The notes: generated from the sequence alone by a model not told the origin. A DNA stretch of 64,000 nucleotides from Pseudomonadota bacterium (GCA_004213175.1 SHAT01000001.1:1720-65719); one strand, 5' to 3'. Counted from the first letter of the stretch, positions 28,257 through 39,355 are shown. A program made the numbers and translations.

Positions 28257-29168
28257 TTAGTTCCGTTTCCGAAATCCTTCTTCTTCCCAGGTTAGGAAAC
28301 GTTTTCCTATTACATCACCAGTATCTTGAACAGAGATGAACGCGTCGGGATCCGTATTAAATAAATATTCTTTTAGACGTCCCAGTTCCAACAGGTTGAT
28401 TACTGTATAAATTACCCGTTTTTCTTCTTTAGCATAACCTCCGGAGGCGTGAAAATAAGTAAAACCACGGTCGAGTTTTTTTAACACGTTTTCCGCAACT
28501 TCTTCAGACCTGCCTGAAATGATGAAAACGGATTTTCGCTGAGAAAATCCTATCTGCCCTTTTTGCATACTCCAACTGAAAACATACATAAATACACCGG
28601 TATAGAGTGCTGTTTCAAGATCATAAAGAAAGGCATTGCTGGAAATAACCACGAAATTAACAATATTAAAAACTGTACCAATCGGAATAGCCAGACGTTT
28701 TTTAATCACAGTTCCGATAATATCAAGTCCTCCTACCGAACCCCCAAGACTCAGATAAATACCTGTACTAAAACCTGCAAGAGCTCCTCCAAATATTGCT
28801 GCTAACATAGGATCATTAATCGAGATCCGTATTCCATCTGTCATTTCCAGACTTATTGCATAAAACGCCATTCCTATTAGAGAAGTTAAAATGAATTTCA
28901 AAGAAAATTCCCGGAAACCAATAATAAATATAGGAATATTGAGCAGAACATACAATAAACTGAATGGGATAAATTCTTTGATGTATTCATAAAACAACAA
29001 ACCTAAACCGGTCAATCCTCCTGCATAAAAATTGTGAGGGAGCAGAATCCCATTAACAACGCCACTGAAAGTGAAAACACCTAATGCGAGTGCTGTCAGC
29101 ATCCACCAATACTTCCAGGTAAATAATGCCTGTACAAATTCCTTAAAATCTAACTTAAACTGATTCAT
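28257..29168 (-). CDS. YitT-family membrane protein (DUF161 + DUF2179-like)
   Basis: Polytopic membrane N-terminal part and soluble C-terminal domain typical of YitT. Start placed at MNQFKLD (29166-29168) rather than the table ORF start, because the extended ORF runs into an intrinsic terminator. Confidence 0.5.
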   Translation of the reverse strand: MNQFKLDFKEFVQALFTWKYWWMLTALALGVFTFSGVVNGILLPHNFYAGGLTGLGLLFYEYIKEFIPFSLLYVLLNIPIFIIGFREFSLKFILTSLIGMAFYAISLEMTDGIRISINDPMLAAIFGGALAGFSTGIYLSLGGSVGGLDIIGTVIKKRLAIPIGTVFNIVNFVVISSNAFLYDLETALYTGVFMYVFSWSMQKGQIGFSQRKSVFIISGRSEEVAENVLKKLDRGFTYFHASGGYAKEEKRVIYTVINLLELGRLKEYLFNTDPDAFISVQDTGDVIGKRFLTWEEEGFRKRN

Positions 29169-29201
29169 AAATTTTCTGACTGATTTAGTTGATAAAAAAG
29201 C

Positions 29202-29238
29202 AAAAAAAAACGGGATGGCCGCTTGTGCAGGCATCCCG
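29202..29238 (-). terminator. Rho-independent terminator downstream of cspA
   Basis: Minus strand: CGGGATG..14 nt..CATCCCG hairpin followed by nine T (plus-strand A-run 29202-29210). It sits between the cspA stop (29266) and the yitT-like start. Confidence 0.65.
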
Positions 29239-29265
29239 TCAGGTTAATGTTTATTCTAAAATGAA

Positions 29266-29460
29266 TTATGAGGCAGTTTGCACACTTACCGCACAAGGAC
29301 CTTTTTGTCCTTCTCCAATCTCGAATTCTACGTTTTCTCCTTCTCTGAGATATCCCCCTCGGACCTCAGAATGATGAACGAACAAGTCTTTTCCGGACTC
29401 TTGCTCAATGAATCCATAACCTTTACGCTCGTTAAACCACTTTACTTTGCCTGTTGCCAT
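29266..29460 (-). CDS. cspA: Cold-shock protein
   Basis: 64 aa. KGTVKWFN-type start ([15 protein letters not shown]), RNP motifs. Confidence 0.9.
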   Translation of the reverse strand: MATGKVKWFNERKGYGFIEQESGKDLFVHHSEVRGGYLREGENVEFEIGEGQKGPCAVSVQTAS

Positions 29461-29587
29461 TGTGACCTTATATTTTAATTAACAAATCTCTTCTACATGA
29501 AGAGGTAATTCATAGATTTTGACAGGAAATAGAATAAAAGCAAGAAAAAAATATAACTTTTTTCCTCAGAATTTTTTCATACCGTCA

Positions 29588-31384
29588 TTAAGCAAGAATA
29601 TTTTCTGACACAGTATCATCTTCCAGATTTTCAAAAAGACCAGCATAAACCCCATTTTGTCCTACCAAATCAACGTGTGACCCACGTTCCACAATTTTAC
29701 CTGTATCCATCACCAGTATCATATCTGAATTACGGATAGTGCTCAATCTATGTGCGATAGCAATTACAGTTTTATAATGAAAAATACGTTCAATTGCTTT
29801 CTGTATCAGATTTTCGGTCACAGAATCAACTGAGCTGGTGGCTTCATCTAATACAATTAAATCACTTTCTATCGCCAGAGCTCTTGCAAAAATGATTAAA
29901 CGACCCTGACCTTCAGAAAGATTTTTTCCACCTTCAAGCAATATTGTTTCATATTGCTCCGGTAATTCTTCTATAAATTCTTTTGCATAGACATATTCCG
30001 CGACTTTTTTAATTATCTCAGGGGAAATTCCATCTCGGTTCAACGCAATATTAAAAGCGATGCTTTCCTCAAACAAGTATGATTCCTGTTGCATCAAAGA
30101 AATCAACCTCAATAAAAAATCCCTTGAAATTGAACTCAGTTCCACTCCGTTAATTTTTATTGATCCTTGATAACGTGTATAGGTTCTTGTCAGAATGCGG
30201 ACTATAGTTGATTTACCTGAACCTGTCGCACCGACGATTGCAACTCTGTCGCCTTTGCGAACAGTAAATGAAATGCCACGTAAAACCCAGGGACCATCTT
30301 CTGTGTAACGGAAATGGACATTTTCAAAAATCAATTCTTCAAAATCCTGGAAACGTTTCTCCATTTGTTCCGTTGTGTATTTTGCTGTGTTCTGTTCTGC
30401 ATCTTGATCTTCCGAAATTTCGCGAAACATTTTATCCACATTTTCCAATGATGAAAGTGAACGCTGGAAAACTGAAATTTGTTGAGTAAATTCCCTAATC
30501 GGAACAAAAATACGATTCAATGTATTGATGAAACCAACTAGGACTCCAATTGAAACTATTCCTGCTATAATCTGCTGTGAACCGTACCAAATCATTAAAC
30601 CGAGTGCAATTGAAGTTATTCCTTCAATTACTGAATATAAAGCTGCGTCATAAAAATTAGAATGTGTTTGAGCTTTAAAAAAATCTTTTGTTTTCACTTC
30701 AAAATTCTTTTGTACTTTTGCCTCAGACGCATACAACTGAATTGTTTTCACTCCATTCAGGCATTCCTGCAAAAAGCCAGTCGCTTCTGCAAGTGCCTCT
30801 CGGGTAAGGTTGTAATAATGCCTTAATCGTGTCCTCAAAAAATTACTGACAATATATATCGGCGGTAGGATCAGCAGCACAACAAGAGTGAGTTTCCAAC
30901 TCAGTATTATAAGTAAAACAAGTAAGGAAATTGTTTTCAGAAAGTCTGTAAAAATGGAAAGTACACCTATGGCTAGCGAATCATTGAGCGCTTCCATGTC
31001 TGAAGTGAGGCGCGTCAAAATTACTCCGATCGGCCGCTGATCAAAGAATGAACGAGGCATCGAGAGAATATGCGCATAGAGATCACTGCGCATTGCGCTA
31101 ATGGCTAATTGTCCAGTTTTTTGGAGGGTAAAAGTATAAATCGAATCAGCAAAATAACCCACAGCAACTGTTAACGCCATGAAAGTCACCATCTGAATCA
31201 TTCCTTCCAGATCTCCAGGAATAACATAATCATCAATAATGCTGATGATCAACCAAGGTAGCATTAAGGTTGCCCCAACTGAAAAAGGAACCGTGCATAT
31301 TCCAATGGCCAGACTTTTCCAGTACGGACGAACGTAAACGAGAAAGCGTTGAATTAATTCCCAGTCTTTGATTTCTTTGTTCAA
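29588..31384 (-). CDS. ABC exporter, fused permease + ATPase (MsbA/lipid-exporter-like)
   Basis: 598 aa. Six-TM N-terminal domain, Walker A GATGSGKST, Walker B LIVLDEATSSVD, H-loop AHRLSTI. Signature motif reads LSEGQGRL instead of LSGGQ. Confidence 0.8.
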   Translation of the reverse strand: MNKEIKDWELIQRFLVYVRPYWKSLAIGICTVPFSVGATLMLPWLIISIIDDYVIPGDLEGMIQMVTFMALTVAVGYFADSIYTFTLQKTGQLAISAMRSDLYAHILSMPRSFFDQRPIGVILTRLTSDMEALNDSLAIGVLSIFTDFLKTISLLVLLIILSWKLTLVVLLILPPIYIVSNFLRTRLRHYYNLTREALAEATGFLQECLNGVKTIQLYASEAKVQKNFEVKTKDFFKAQTHSNFYDAALYSVIEGITSIALGLMIWYGSQQIIAGIVSIGVLVGFINTLNRIFVPIREFTQQISVFQRSLSSLENVDKMFREISEDQDAEQNTAKYTTEQMEKRFQDFEELIFENVHFRYTEDGPWVLRGISFTVRKGDRVAIVGATGSGKSTIVRILTRTYTRYQGSIKINGVELSSISRDFLLRLISLMQQESYLFEESIAFNIALNRDGISPEIIKKVAEYVYAKEFIEELPEQYETILLEGGKNLSEGQGRLIIFARALAIESDLIVLDEATSSVDSVTENLIQKAIERIFHYKTVIAIAHRLSTIRNSDMILVMDTGKIVERGSHVDLVGQNGVYAGLFENLEDDTVSENILA

Positions 31385-31453
31385 GGTTAAAACAGATTCA
31401 GAGTTTGAATTTAGTCAGTTTCAAGGTTTTAGCAATGAGGATATCACTCCATG

Positions 31454-32725
31454 TTACATCCGTTGTCTGACAGAAGCTAACTGGACACATGTTACAAAGA
31501 CCTGCATTGCCTGATCTAAATCTTCAACACTGGGAAAAGTTGGAGCCAGTCTGATGTTCTCGTCTTCAGGATCCAGACTGTAAGGGAATGTAGCACCTGC
31601 AGGAGTGAGCTTCACACCGGCATCTCCCGAGAGACGGATTATTTCTTTTGCCAGTCCGGGATTAGAGTTAAATGAAACAAAATATCCACCTTCTGGGTTA
31701 CACCAGTTTCCCATAGCTTTGCCGGCAAGTCCGATTTCAAGATGCTTTTGTACCATATTAAACTTAGGTCTTAATAATTCTGCGTGTTTTTGCATGTGTG
31801 AACGGACACCTTCAATATTTTTGAGAAAAATGAGATGCCGCTGCTGATTAAGTTTATTTGGACCAATACTCATCACTGCAAGACGTTTACGGAAATGCTC
31901 TAAATTTTCCACAGACGCTCCTAAAAATGAAATTCCTCCACCTGCAACTGTTATCTTTGAAGTTGATGCAGTTAAGATTAAATTATCCTCGGTTTCATAT
32001 TTCCGGCAGTAATCCATCACATTTGCCAATTGTTGAGGATTTTCCCGCAGGTCATGTACACCGTATGCATTGTCCCACATCACCCGAAAATTTGAACCTG
32101 CGATTTTTCCAAGTTCAGCAATCCTTTTTACTACTTTGTCCGAATATACACAGCCGGTAGGATTTGAATATTTGGGTACACACCACATACCTTTTATTTG
32201 AGGATCTTTGCTGACCAGTTCCTCAACTCTGTCCATATCCGGCCCATCATCCTTAATGTCCACATTTATCAATTTGATACCGAACTCCTCACAGATGGTA
32301 AAATGGCGATCGTAGCCTGGAACTATTGCCAGAAATTTTACATCACTTTCTTTTGCCCATGCAGTATCTGCTCCCTGCGAACCATGATAATATGCGTGCA
32401 GCATGTATAGATACATCAGTGACAAGCTGCTGTGATCGCCACAAATCACCTCTGCTTCCGGAAGTCCAAGCATTTCACCGCCAAGTTTTCGTGCAGCCGG
32501 AATTCCATCAAGTCCTCCGTAATTTCTTAGGTCTGTACCATCCTCCAAAATCATTTTATTTATAGGCAGATCCTCCATTGCGTCAGCCAAATCGAGCTGA
32601 GCATTTCCGGGTTTACCCCTCGTAAGATCCAGTTTTAAATCCGCATCCTTAAATTGTTGATATTTTACTACAAGTTTTTTTTCCCAGGACTGCAGTTCCT
32701 GCTGGCTAGCATTGTCAAGATTCAT
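31454..32725 (-). CDS. PLP-dependent aminotransferase (class I/II fold)
   Basis: 423 aa. TRGKPGNAQLDL N-terminal region. Putative PLP-lysine context TASTSKITVAGGGIS. Confidence 0.55.
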   Translation of the reverse strand: MNLDNASQQELQSWEKKLVVKYQQFKDADLKLDLTRGKPGNAQLDLADAMEDLPINKMILEDGTDLRNYGGLDGIPAARKLGGEMLGLPEAEVICGDHSSLSLMYLYMLHAYYHGSQGADTAWAKESDVKFLAIVPGYDRHFTICEEFGIKLINVDIKDDGPDMDRVEELVSKDPQIKGMWCVPKYSNPTGCVYSDKVVKRIAELGKIAGSNFRVMWDNAYGVHDLRENPQQLANVMDYCRKYETEDNLILTASTSKITVAGGGISFLGASVENLEHFRKRLAVMSIGPNKLNQQRHLIFLKNIEGVRSHMQKHAELLRPKFNMVQKHLEIGLAGKAMGNWCNPEGGYFVSFNSNPGLAKEIIRLSGDAGVKLTPAGATFPYSLDPEDENIRLAPTFPSVEDLDQAMQVFVTCVQLASVRQRM

Positions 32726-32839
32726 AAAGTTTTTTTCAGGTTAAAATTCACCCTTCCATTATCTGATTCAGTTCTCCAAGTGTCAAACCTGAATCTACGT
32801 AGTTTCAAGTCCTTTGCTTTTTCTGAAAATTTACTCAGA

Positions 32840-33739
32840 TTAGCAGGACCATTCGCTGATTTGTCTGCAAAAGAGCCCGCCATCACCAAGAAAATCATGA
32901 ATAATATTGAAATGATTTTTTCGTTGAACAGAAATATATTTCGCGGGAACTCCTTGTTTTTCCAGGAAGGTGCAATATTCTTGCGATTGCCGATGAAATT
33001 CGAGTGATTCATCAGCTCCTACCGCAAGTAAAACAGGTGTTTTTGAAGTAGGTTTTAGCAGGAGAGGACTATTAGCTGAAACAAGCTCCGGGCTGAGCTG
33101 CAGTTTTGGCTGAAGCCAAGAAAACTGGAACGCTCCCAAGTCAAACAGCCCGCTGATGGGCAACATACCTTTAATAATATCTGAAGCCAGTCCGTATTCT
33201 TTTTCCCATTTTGTGCTAAGTAACATCCCCGTCAAATGTCCTCCAGCAGAATGTCCGGAAACCGTGATCTGCTCAGGATTTCCTCCAAATGTCATTGCAT
33301 TTCGGTAAGTCCATGCTACTGCGGCACGTGCCTGCCTGACAATTTCAGAAATAGTAACTTTAGGGCAAAGTGCGTAGTTGATGAGCACGGCTGTAATCCC
33401 GTTTCGCAATAGTCCTTCGGCAACAAAAGCAAAATCTCGACTGGACATAGAATGCCAGTAACCTCCGTGAAAAAAAATGTGTATGGGACTGGCTGGAATT
33501 TCTGATGAAAAAATATCCAGAGTTTCCTCTGCAGAAGAACCATATGAAATTCTGGGAATATTGGGATATTCTCCAGATACCCTTTCACTTTCAGTTAAAT
33601 AACTTTGAATCAGTTCATCTGAATTCTCTACAATGAAGCGAGGATTATATTCCTGATCGATTTCCTCCTGAGTGAAAAAACTATGGTAAAGCATTTTAGA
33701 AGTTCTCTGTAGATTTCTCGGCCTGTCAAATTTTTTCAT
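32840..33739 (-). CDS. Alpha/beta-hydrolase (esterase/lipase family)
   Basis: 299 aa. Oxyanion-hole HGGYW and nucleophile elbow GHSAGG. Confidence 0.7.
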   Translation of the reverse strand: MKKFDRPRNLQRTSKMLYHSFFTQEEIDQEYNPRFIVENSDELIQSYLTESERVSGEYPNIPRISYGSSAEETLDIFSSEIPASPIHIFFHGGYWHSMSSRDFAFVAEGLLRNGITAVLINYALCPKVTISEIVRQARAAVAWTYRNAMTFGGNPEQITVSGHSAGGHLTGMLLSTKWEKEYGLASDIIKGMLPISGLFDLGAFQFSWLQPKLQLSPELVSANSPLLLKPTSKTPVLLAVGADESLEFHRQSQEYCTFLEKQGVPAKYISVQRKNHFNIIHDFLGDGGLFCRQISEWSC

Positions 33740-33789
33740 TAAAATCTAAGTCTTACGTCATTTTAATTTAAAGTATAAAAACTTATACA

Positions 33790-34470
33790 TTACGAATACG
33801 GAACTTTCAGTTTTTCCACCTCACGTTTTAGATATAAAGGATTCACCGGCGCATCCGGATCAAAGGCAGAAGAGAGCATCTTTTTTGCTCCAAGACGATC
33901 TAAAAGCAGGGCATCAGCAACAGGATAATCTAATGGCAGATGCACTAGTTTTTCAAAGAGCGGTTCCGGTTTTCTTCTTTCCGGACTTACACGATAAAGG
34001 ACAACCGGAACATTTTCATTACTATCAATGTATTTTTCAAGAGTAGTCAGTTGAATTGGCGTCTTTGCAACAGGTTGACCCTCAACAATGCGGAATGTGC
34101 CGTGAAAAATCTCTCTTCTGGTGCAGTTCAATAGAACATGAAAATCATTCTGTAACACTGAGATTTGTCCAGCGAGCAATTCAAGTGAAGTAACAGGAAC
34201 AATAGGTTTGTTGTTAACCTGGGCGAAAGTTTTAACTACTGCCATACCGATCCTGACCCCTGTATAAGAACCGGGACCGCAGTTGATGACATAAGCATCA
34301 ACTTCTGCTAATTTTAGATCCGCGTTTTTCAGCAGATCATCAATAACTTCAAAAATAATCTTTGAATTCCTCCGCTTGCACAATGAATAATAATTTGCCA
34401 GAGGATCCCCGTTACGTGTAAGACACAGCCCCAAATGCTCGAAAGAAGTATCCACAGAAAGTCGGATCAT
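33790..34470 (-). CDS. tsaB: tRNA t6A37 biosynthesis protein TsaB (YeaZ)
   Basis: 226 aa. MIRLSVDTS...GPGSYTGVRIGMAVVKTFA N-terminal Kae1/YeaZ fold. Overlaps tsaE by 4 bp. Confidence 0.8.
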   Translation of the reverse strand: MIRLSVDTSFEHLGLCLTRNGDPLANYYSLCKRRNSKIIFEVIDDLLKNADLKLAEVDAYVINCGPGSYTGVRIGMAVVKTFAQVNNKPIVPVTSLELLAGQISVLQNDFHVLLNCTRREIFHGTFRIVEGQPVAKTPIQLTTLEKYIDSNENVPVVLYRVSPERRKPEPLFEKLVHLPLDYPVADALLLDRLGAKKMLSSAFDPDAPVNPLYLKREVEKLKVPYS

Positions 34471-34988
34471 TTTCCAACCCTGCTCAAAGGGTTTGCAGTT
34501 TTTTGTAGAGATAAATTCTCTTGTTCCAATGTTTTAAAAAGTATGTCAAAATTACTTGATTCACTTTCCAGAATGAGCCGCCTTTGATTTTCAGAAATGG
34601 TTTCGAATTCAAGGTTGAGCACAGGTTCATCACTCAAATAATTTAAAAGATATTGCGGCCACTCCACCAGAGTGACTCCTTCATCGGTTATCAGATCTTC
34701 ACGATCAAAATCATCGAGTTCTTCCGGATCATTCAGGCGGTAGAGGTCAACATGAAAAACAGTCCTATCTCCTGGATAAATGTTGACCAAAGTATAAGTT
34801 GGAGAGCCAACTATTTCAGGGAGCACACCTAGACCAGCACAAATACTTTTTGCAAAAGTGGTTTTTCCAGTACCCATACTGCCCCAAAATAAAAGTATTG
34901 CTCCAGGAAACAAATGTGCGGATATTTTTCGGGCGAATGAATCGGTCTTTTCCAAAGAACATAAGTCAAGTATTATTTTACGCATCAA
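34467..34988 (-). CDS. tsaE: tRNA t6A37 biosynthesis ATPase TsaE (YjeE)
   Basis: 173 aa. P-loop GSMGTGKTTFAK and SPTYTLVNIY. Confidence 0.8.
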   Translation of the reverse strand: MMRKIILDLCSLEKTDSFARKISAHLFPGAILLFWGSMGTGKTTFAKSICAGLGVLPEIVGSPTYTLVNIYPGDRTVFHVDLYRLNDPEELDDFDREDLITDEGVTLVEWPQYLLNYLSDEPVLNLEFETISENQRRLILESESSNFDILFKTLEQENLSLQKTANPLSRVGK

Positions 34989-34994
34989 ACTGTC

Positions 34995-35699
34995 ATGAAA
35001 CCGAGGGTGCTTTTAAAATGTGATAATGTCGGCTACTCCACAAGTTCAGCTTCTGGAAATTCTGTTGAAGAAAAATGGGATATCCTGAAACTAAGTTTGG
35101 AATTACATGCTGGAGAAAGAGCATCTTTCCGTTTTCAAAATGAGGAGCAGAAACAAGTATTGTGGCGCTTGTTTCTCCAAAAGCTCAAGCCCAAAACTGG
35201 ATCTTTCATCATCTCAGCAAAGACACATATTCATTCAGATGACAATTTATGGACAGGTACAGACAAAAAAGCGACAATGCTGGAAAATATGACCTCCAAA
35301 CTTTTTACAAAACGACCCTGGTTCGGCGGGCAACGCAAGAATCTTGAAACCCTGATAGACCGTTTAGATTTGAACGGTAGAATTCTACACGTCCCTGTTG
35401 AAGAACTTTCAGAGGAGCAAGCCGCAAGATTCTGGGCTTTGATGCTGGTTTCTGCAAATACACAAGTAGTTTTAATTGACCGCCTCTTTTCAAAACTGGA
35501 CGAAGTCACTTTGGTTTTTGTGCAGGAATGGTTGGAAAGTTATGCGGGAATTATAATTCTGTTTGGAGAACATACAGAATATTTCAATGCAGTTAAAACT
35601 CTTTCAAAGGATCAGCAATTAAAAAGTAAAACTGAGTTCAATACCATATTCAATTTTTCTGAAGATGGTCAGGCACAAAATTTAGAGCAGAAAGTTTAA
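34995..35699 (+). CDS. Hypothetical protein with degenerate ABC-ATPase-like fold
   Basis: 234 aa. Signature-like LSEEQAARFWAL and Walker-B-like VVLIDRLFSKLD are present. There is no intact Walker A (no GxxGxGKS/T). Start is 6 bp from the divergent tsaE start. Confidence 0.4.
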   Translation: MKPRVLLKCDNVGYSTSSASGNSVEEKWDILKLSLELHAGERASFRFQNEEQKQVLWRLFLQKLKPKTGSFIISAKTHIHSDDNLWTGTDKKATMLENMTSKLFTKRPWFGGQRKNLETLIDRLDLNGRILHVPVEELSEEQAARFWALMLVSANTQVVLIDRLFSKLDEVTLVFVQEWLESYAGIIILFGEHTEYFNAVKTLSKDQQLKSKTEFNTIFNFSEDGQAQNLEQKV

Positions 35700-35779
35700 A
35701 GACTTAATGCAGGAAGAACATACCTAATTTTCGAGGTTTATTTAACATTAATTTTCAACTCACTCCAAAATCTTAAGAA

Positions 35780-37549
35780 ATGCCGTTCAGTAAAGGTTTT
35801 ATCCGTCAGGTAGTGGAAAGCACAAATCTAGTAGACCTGATTTCTGAGCATGGAATCACGCTCAAACGTGCAGGAACAAACTACAAAGGACTTTGCCCTT
35901 TTCATGCAGAAAAAACACCCTCATTCAATGTTAATCCTTTACGTGGTTTTTTTCATTGTTTTGGCTGCAGCACCAGCGGTGATGCGATAAAATTTCTTAC
36001 ACAATACGACCGTCTTTCTTTCAGCGAGGCAGTTGAAGAACTCGCGAAACGTGCCAGTATCCCTCTTGAAATAGAATCTGGAAATTCCAGGCTTAATAAT
36101 CTTGATGAAGACAGGGGACTGCGCTGTCTGAGAGAGGCGGCTTCTTATTACAGGAATAATCTGGTTTCTCCGGAAGGAGCTACGGCAATGGAATATCTGA
36201 GACAGCGTACGGTTCCTGAAAATATGCAGGATCATTTTCAACTCGGTGTATCACCTGACAAGTGGCAGGGTACGCTTAACAGATTGCAGCGAAATAAAAT
36301 AGGAGTTCCAGATCTTTTAAGTGCCGGATTAATCAAAGTCAGTGAAAAATCCGGAAAGTATTATGATACCTTCCGGGGACGTTTGATGTTCCCTATCAGA
36401 GACTACCGCGGACGTTGCATAGGATTTGGCGCACGTTCAATGAAGTCTGAAGATAAACCCAAGTACCTCAACAGTCCGGAAACGTCTTATTACCAAAAAA
36501 GCCAGGTGCTCTACGGACTTTACGAAGGTCTCAGCTCGATCCGAAAACTCCGCCGCTTAATTTTTGTTGAGGGATATCTGGATGTGATCCGTTTACACGA
36601 AAACGGTTTTGAAGATGCAGTTGCTCCATGCGGAACCGCGTTAACTCCGGGCCACTTAAAAATAGTCCAGCGTTACGCGGATACGGTGATTTTACTTTTT
36701 GACGGTGACACTGCCGGAAAAAATGCAGCTTTAAGGCATGCATCTCTCCTACTACCGTATGCTTTGGAGTCCTTTATTGTTACTCTTCCGGAAGGGGATG
36801 ATCCTGATACTTATCTGTTGAAACATGGTAAAGAAGGTTTTGAAGAATTGCTGGGACAAAAAGTCCCAGCGCTGGATTATCTGGTACAGCAGACAATCAA
36901 TAAATATCAAGACAGTATTCAGGGTAGAGTCCAGGGACTTGAAGAACTCCTGCCTGCTATAAATGATATAAATGACCCAAAACGCCAGCAACTAACTTTG
37001 ATGGCAATTGGTGAAAGAATGAAAATTCCTGCTGAAATACTTGCAAAGGAATTAAAAAAGGAAACAAACAAAAACTTGTTTAATAAAGATAATAATGCTA
37101 GCTTTAAATGTTTACCAATATATGAAAATGTTTCTCAGGATGAAAAATGGCTCTTACAGTCATTGTTGCGTAAAGGAGAATTGTGGCCTCTTGTTAGGGA
37201 ACATCTCCATCCACAGGACTTCCAGACTCCACATTTTAAGCAACTTTATGAAAGACTATTGCAGTTACCTGATACAGAGTTTCAAGATTTCGATCCTCTT
37301 AAACTAAAACACACTGACCCTGAATTATTTCAGTCTGTAATAATACTTCTTACAGAAGAAATTCCGAGTCATGACTTTGGTTTGTCGCTAAGGCGTATAA
37401 AAGAACGTAACCTAGAAAACAACTTTCAGCAATGGCTGCTGGAAAGTACTAGCAACGAGGAGCGAGCATATGCTGGTTTGAAAAGAAGAAAAGAAGAAGA
37501 TAACTTAAAGGAAATAAAACAAATTTTTGACAACATTTTTACTCTTTAA
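35780..37549 (+). CDS. dnaG: DNA primase
   Basis: 589 aa. Zinc-binding CPFHAEKTPSFNVN...FHCFGCSTSGDAIKF. Toprim (LFDGDTAGKNAA). Confidence 0.9.
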   Translation: MPFSKGFIRQVVESTNLVDLISEHGITLKRAGTNYKGLCPFHAEKTPSFNVNPLRGFFHCFGCSTSGDAIKFLTQYDRLSFSEAVEELAKRASIPLEIESGNSRLNNLDEDRGLRCLREAASYYRNNLVSPEGATAMEYLRQRTVPENMQDHFQLGVSPDKWQGTLNRLQRNKIGVPDLLSAGLIKVSEKSGKYYDTFRGRLMFPIRDYRGRCIGFGARSMKSEDKPKYLNSPETSYYQKSQVLYGLYEGLSSIRKLRRLIFVEGYLDVIRLHENGFEDAVAPCGTALTPGHLKIVQRYADTVILLFDGDTAGKNAALRHASLLLPYALESFIVTLPEGDDPDTYLLKHGKEGFEELLGQKVPALDYLVQQTINKYQDSIQGRVQGLEELLPAINDINDPKRQQLTLMAIGERMKIPAEILAKELKKETNKNLFNKDNNASFKCLPIYENVSQDEKWLLQSLLRKGELWPLVREHLHPQDFQTPHFKQLYERLLQLPDTEFQDFDPLKLKHTDPELFQSVIILLTEEIPSHDFGLSLRRIKERNLENNFQQWLLESTSNEERAYAGLKRRKEEDNLKEIKQIFDNIFTL

Positions 37550-37564
37550 TTTCAGCAAAACTAT

Positions 37565-39355
37565 ATGAGTACAGAAAATAAAAGTGAAACGGTCCTTTCT
37601 CCATTAGAGGAAAAACTAGTCAAAGAGTTGGTCTCAGAAGGGAGAGAAAAAGGTTTTATCACTATAGACGAAATCAATGAAAATCTTGGTGATGAATCAC
37701 CTTCACCAGAACAACTGGAAAGAATCTTTGATATTTTTTCAGAAATGGATATTGAAATTATCGATTCTGATAAAAAAATTGACACCGTTCAGGATAATAT
37801 TGATCCCAGCCCAGAAATTGATTTTGTTAATAACGATCTAGATCTTGACCCTGGAGTTGACAATTCCACAGATGACCCTGTAAGAATGTACCTACGCGAG
37901 ATGGGCAGTATCCAATTGCTGACTCGCGACGGCGAAGTAGAAGTTGCTAAAAAAATTGAAAGTGGCAACCTTGAGTTAATTGAAATCTTTTCTGATTCAA
38001 ATCTAATATTGCTTTATCTGCAAAATCTTTCGAGAAACCTCAAAATACAAAAAATCAAAGCACGACATGTTGTTTCTGGATTAGATGAAGATGACAATGT
38101 TATTGAAGACGAAGACAAAGCAACTGATCAGATAATTACTCAACTTGATGAAGTTTGGAAACACTACACAACAGTGAGGAAAATACGATATCTTGAGAAA
38201 GATCGAAAATTAAAACCAGCTGAATTAAAACGCTTAGAAAAAAATGAAAATATCTATAAAGATACTATCCGCAACATTAATTTTAACTCTCGCCAAATTG
38301 AATTGATGTGTGATCAGTTGTTCAATCACAAAGGGAAAATTGATATGGCTTTCCGTAAGATGGATTCCAACACAAAAAAATTGAACATATCCGTCGAAGA
38401 AATGGATAATATTTTTAAAAAACTACGGGGCACATCGAAGAAAAAAGAAAATGAAAAAATCAGTAAAGAAATTGCGGATAAAACCGGTCTCCGCATGAGC
38501 ATTGCGAACCGTTATTACGAAAAGATAGAACTGAACAGAAAAAGTATCAAGACAATGATCGAATGGACTAACCTTTCACTAGAGGAATTCGAAGCAGAAG
38601 TTAAAAATCTTAAACAGGTTGAACGGAGAGTAAAGCATGCAAAGAGTCAACTTGTAGAAGCTAATTTACGTTTGGTGATCAGTATTGCAAAAAAATATAC
38701 AAACCGCGGATTACAATTCCTGGATCTTATTCAGGAAGGCAATATTGGGTTAATGAAAGCAGTAGACAAGTTTGAATATCGCAGAGGCTATAAATTTTCC
38801 ACTTATGCAACATGGTGGATTCGCCAGTCAATTACACGAGCAATTGCTGATCAGGCGCGAACTATAAGAATACCTGTGCACATGATTGAAACAATCAATA
38901 AGCTTTCAAGAATTTCCCGAGCAAAGGTTCAGGAACTGGGGCGAGAACCAACAGCGGATGAGTTGTCAGAAGATCTTGGGATGCCACTTTACAAAGTCCG
39001 TAAAGTATTGAAAATAGCGAAAGAACCAATCTCTCTTGACACTCCAATTGGTGACGATGAAGATTCTCAGCTAAAGGATTTTATTGCAGACGAGCATGCA
39101 ACGGATCCTGGGGAAGCTACTGTTTCTTCTAATATGGGTGAAAAAACAAGAGACGCTTTGAAAACTCTCACAAAACGTGAAGAAAATGTGTTACGCCTAA
39201 GATTTGGTATTGACTCTGCAAAGGACCATACTTTGGAGGAAGTTGGCCAGGATTTTGAAGTAACACGGGAGCGTATTCGTCAGATTGAAGCAAAAGCACT
39301 CAGAAAATTAAGACATCCTACTCGTTCAAAATTACTGAAATCATTCTACGAATAA
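37565..39355 (+). CDS. rpoD: RNA polymerase sigma-70 factor
   Basis: 596 aa. Region 1.2 ([11 protein letters not shown]), region 2 ([39 protein letters not shown]...YATWWIRQ), region 4 ([15 protein letters not shown]...TLEEVG). Start overlaps the dnaG stop region. Confidence 0.9.
   Translation: MSTENKSETVLSPLEEKLVKELVSEGREKGFITIDEINENLGDESPSPEQLERIFDIFSEMDIEIIDSDKKIDTVQDNIDPSPEIDFVNNDLDLDPGVDNSTDDPVRMYLREMGSIQLLTRDGEVEVAKKIESGNLELIEIFSDSNLILLYLQNLSRNLKIQKIKARHVVSGLDEDDNVIEDEDKATDQIITQLDEVWKHYTTVRKIRYLEKDRKLKPAELKRLEKNENIYKDTIRNINFNSRQIELMCDQLFNHKGKIDMAFRKMDSNTKKLNISVEEMDNIFKKLRGTSKKKENEKISKEIADKTGLRMSIANRYYEKIELNRKSIKTMIEWTNLSLEEFEAEVKNLKQVERRVKHAKSQLVEANLRLVISIAKKYTNRGLQFLDLIQEGNIGLMKAVDKFEYRRGYKFSTYATWWIRQSITRAIADQARTIRIPVHMIETINKLSRISRAKVQELGREPTADELSEDLGMPLYKVRKVLKIAKEPISLDTPIGDDEDSQLKDFIADEHATDPGEATVSSNMGEKTRDALKTLTKREENVLRLRFGIDSAKDHTLEEVGQDFEVTRERIRQIEAKALRKLRHPTRSKLLKSFYE

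Noticed and set aside
28257-29234. Full-length 325-aa version of the YitT-like ORF
   Set aside because: The first 22 codons overlap a strong intrinsic terminator hairpin and A/T tract. The start was moved to the internal Met at 29166-29168.
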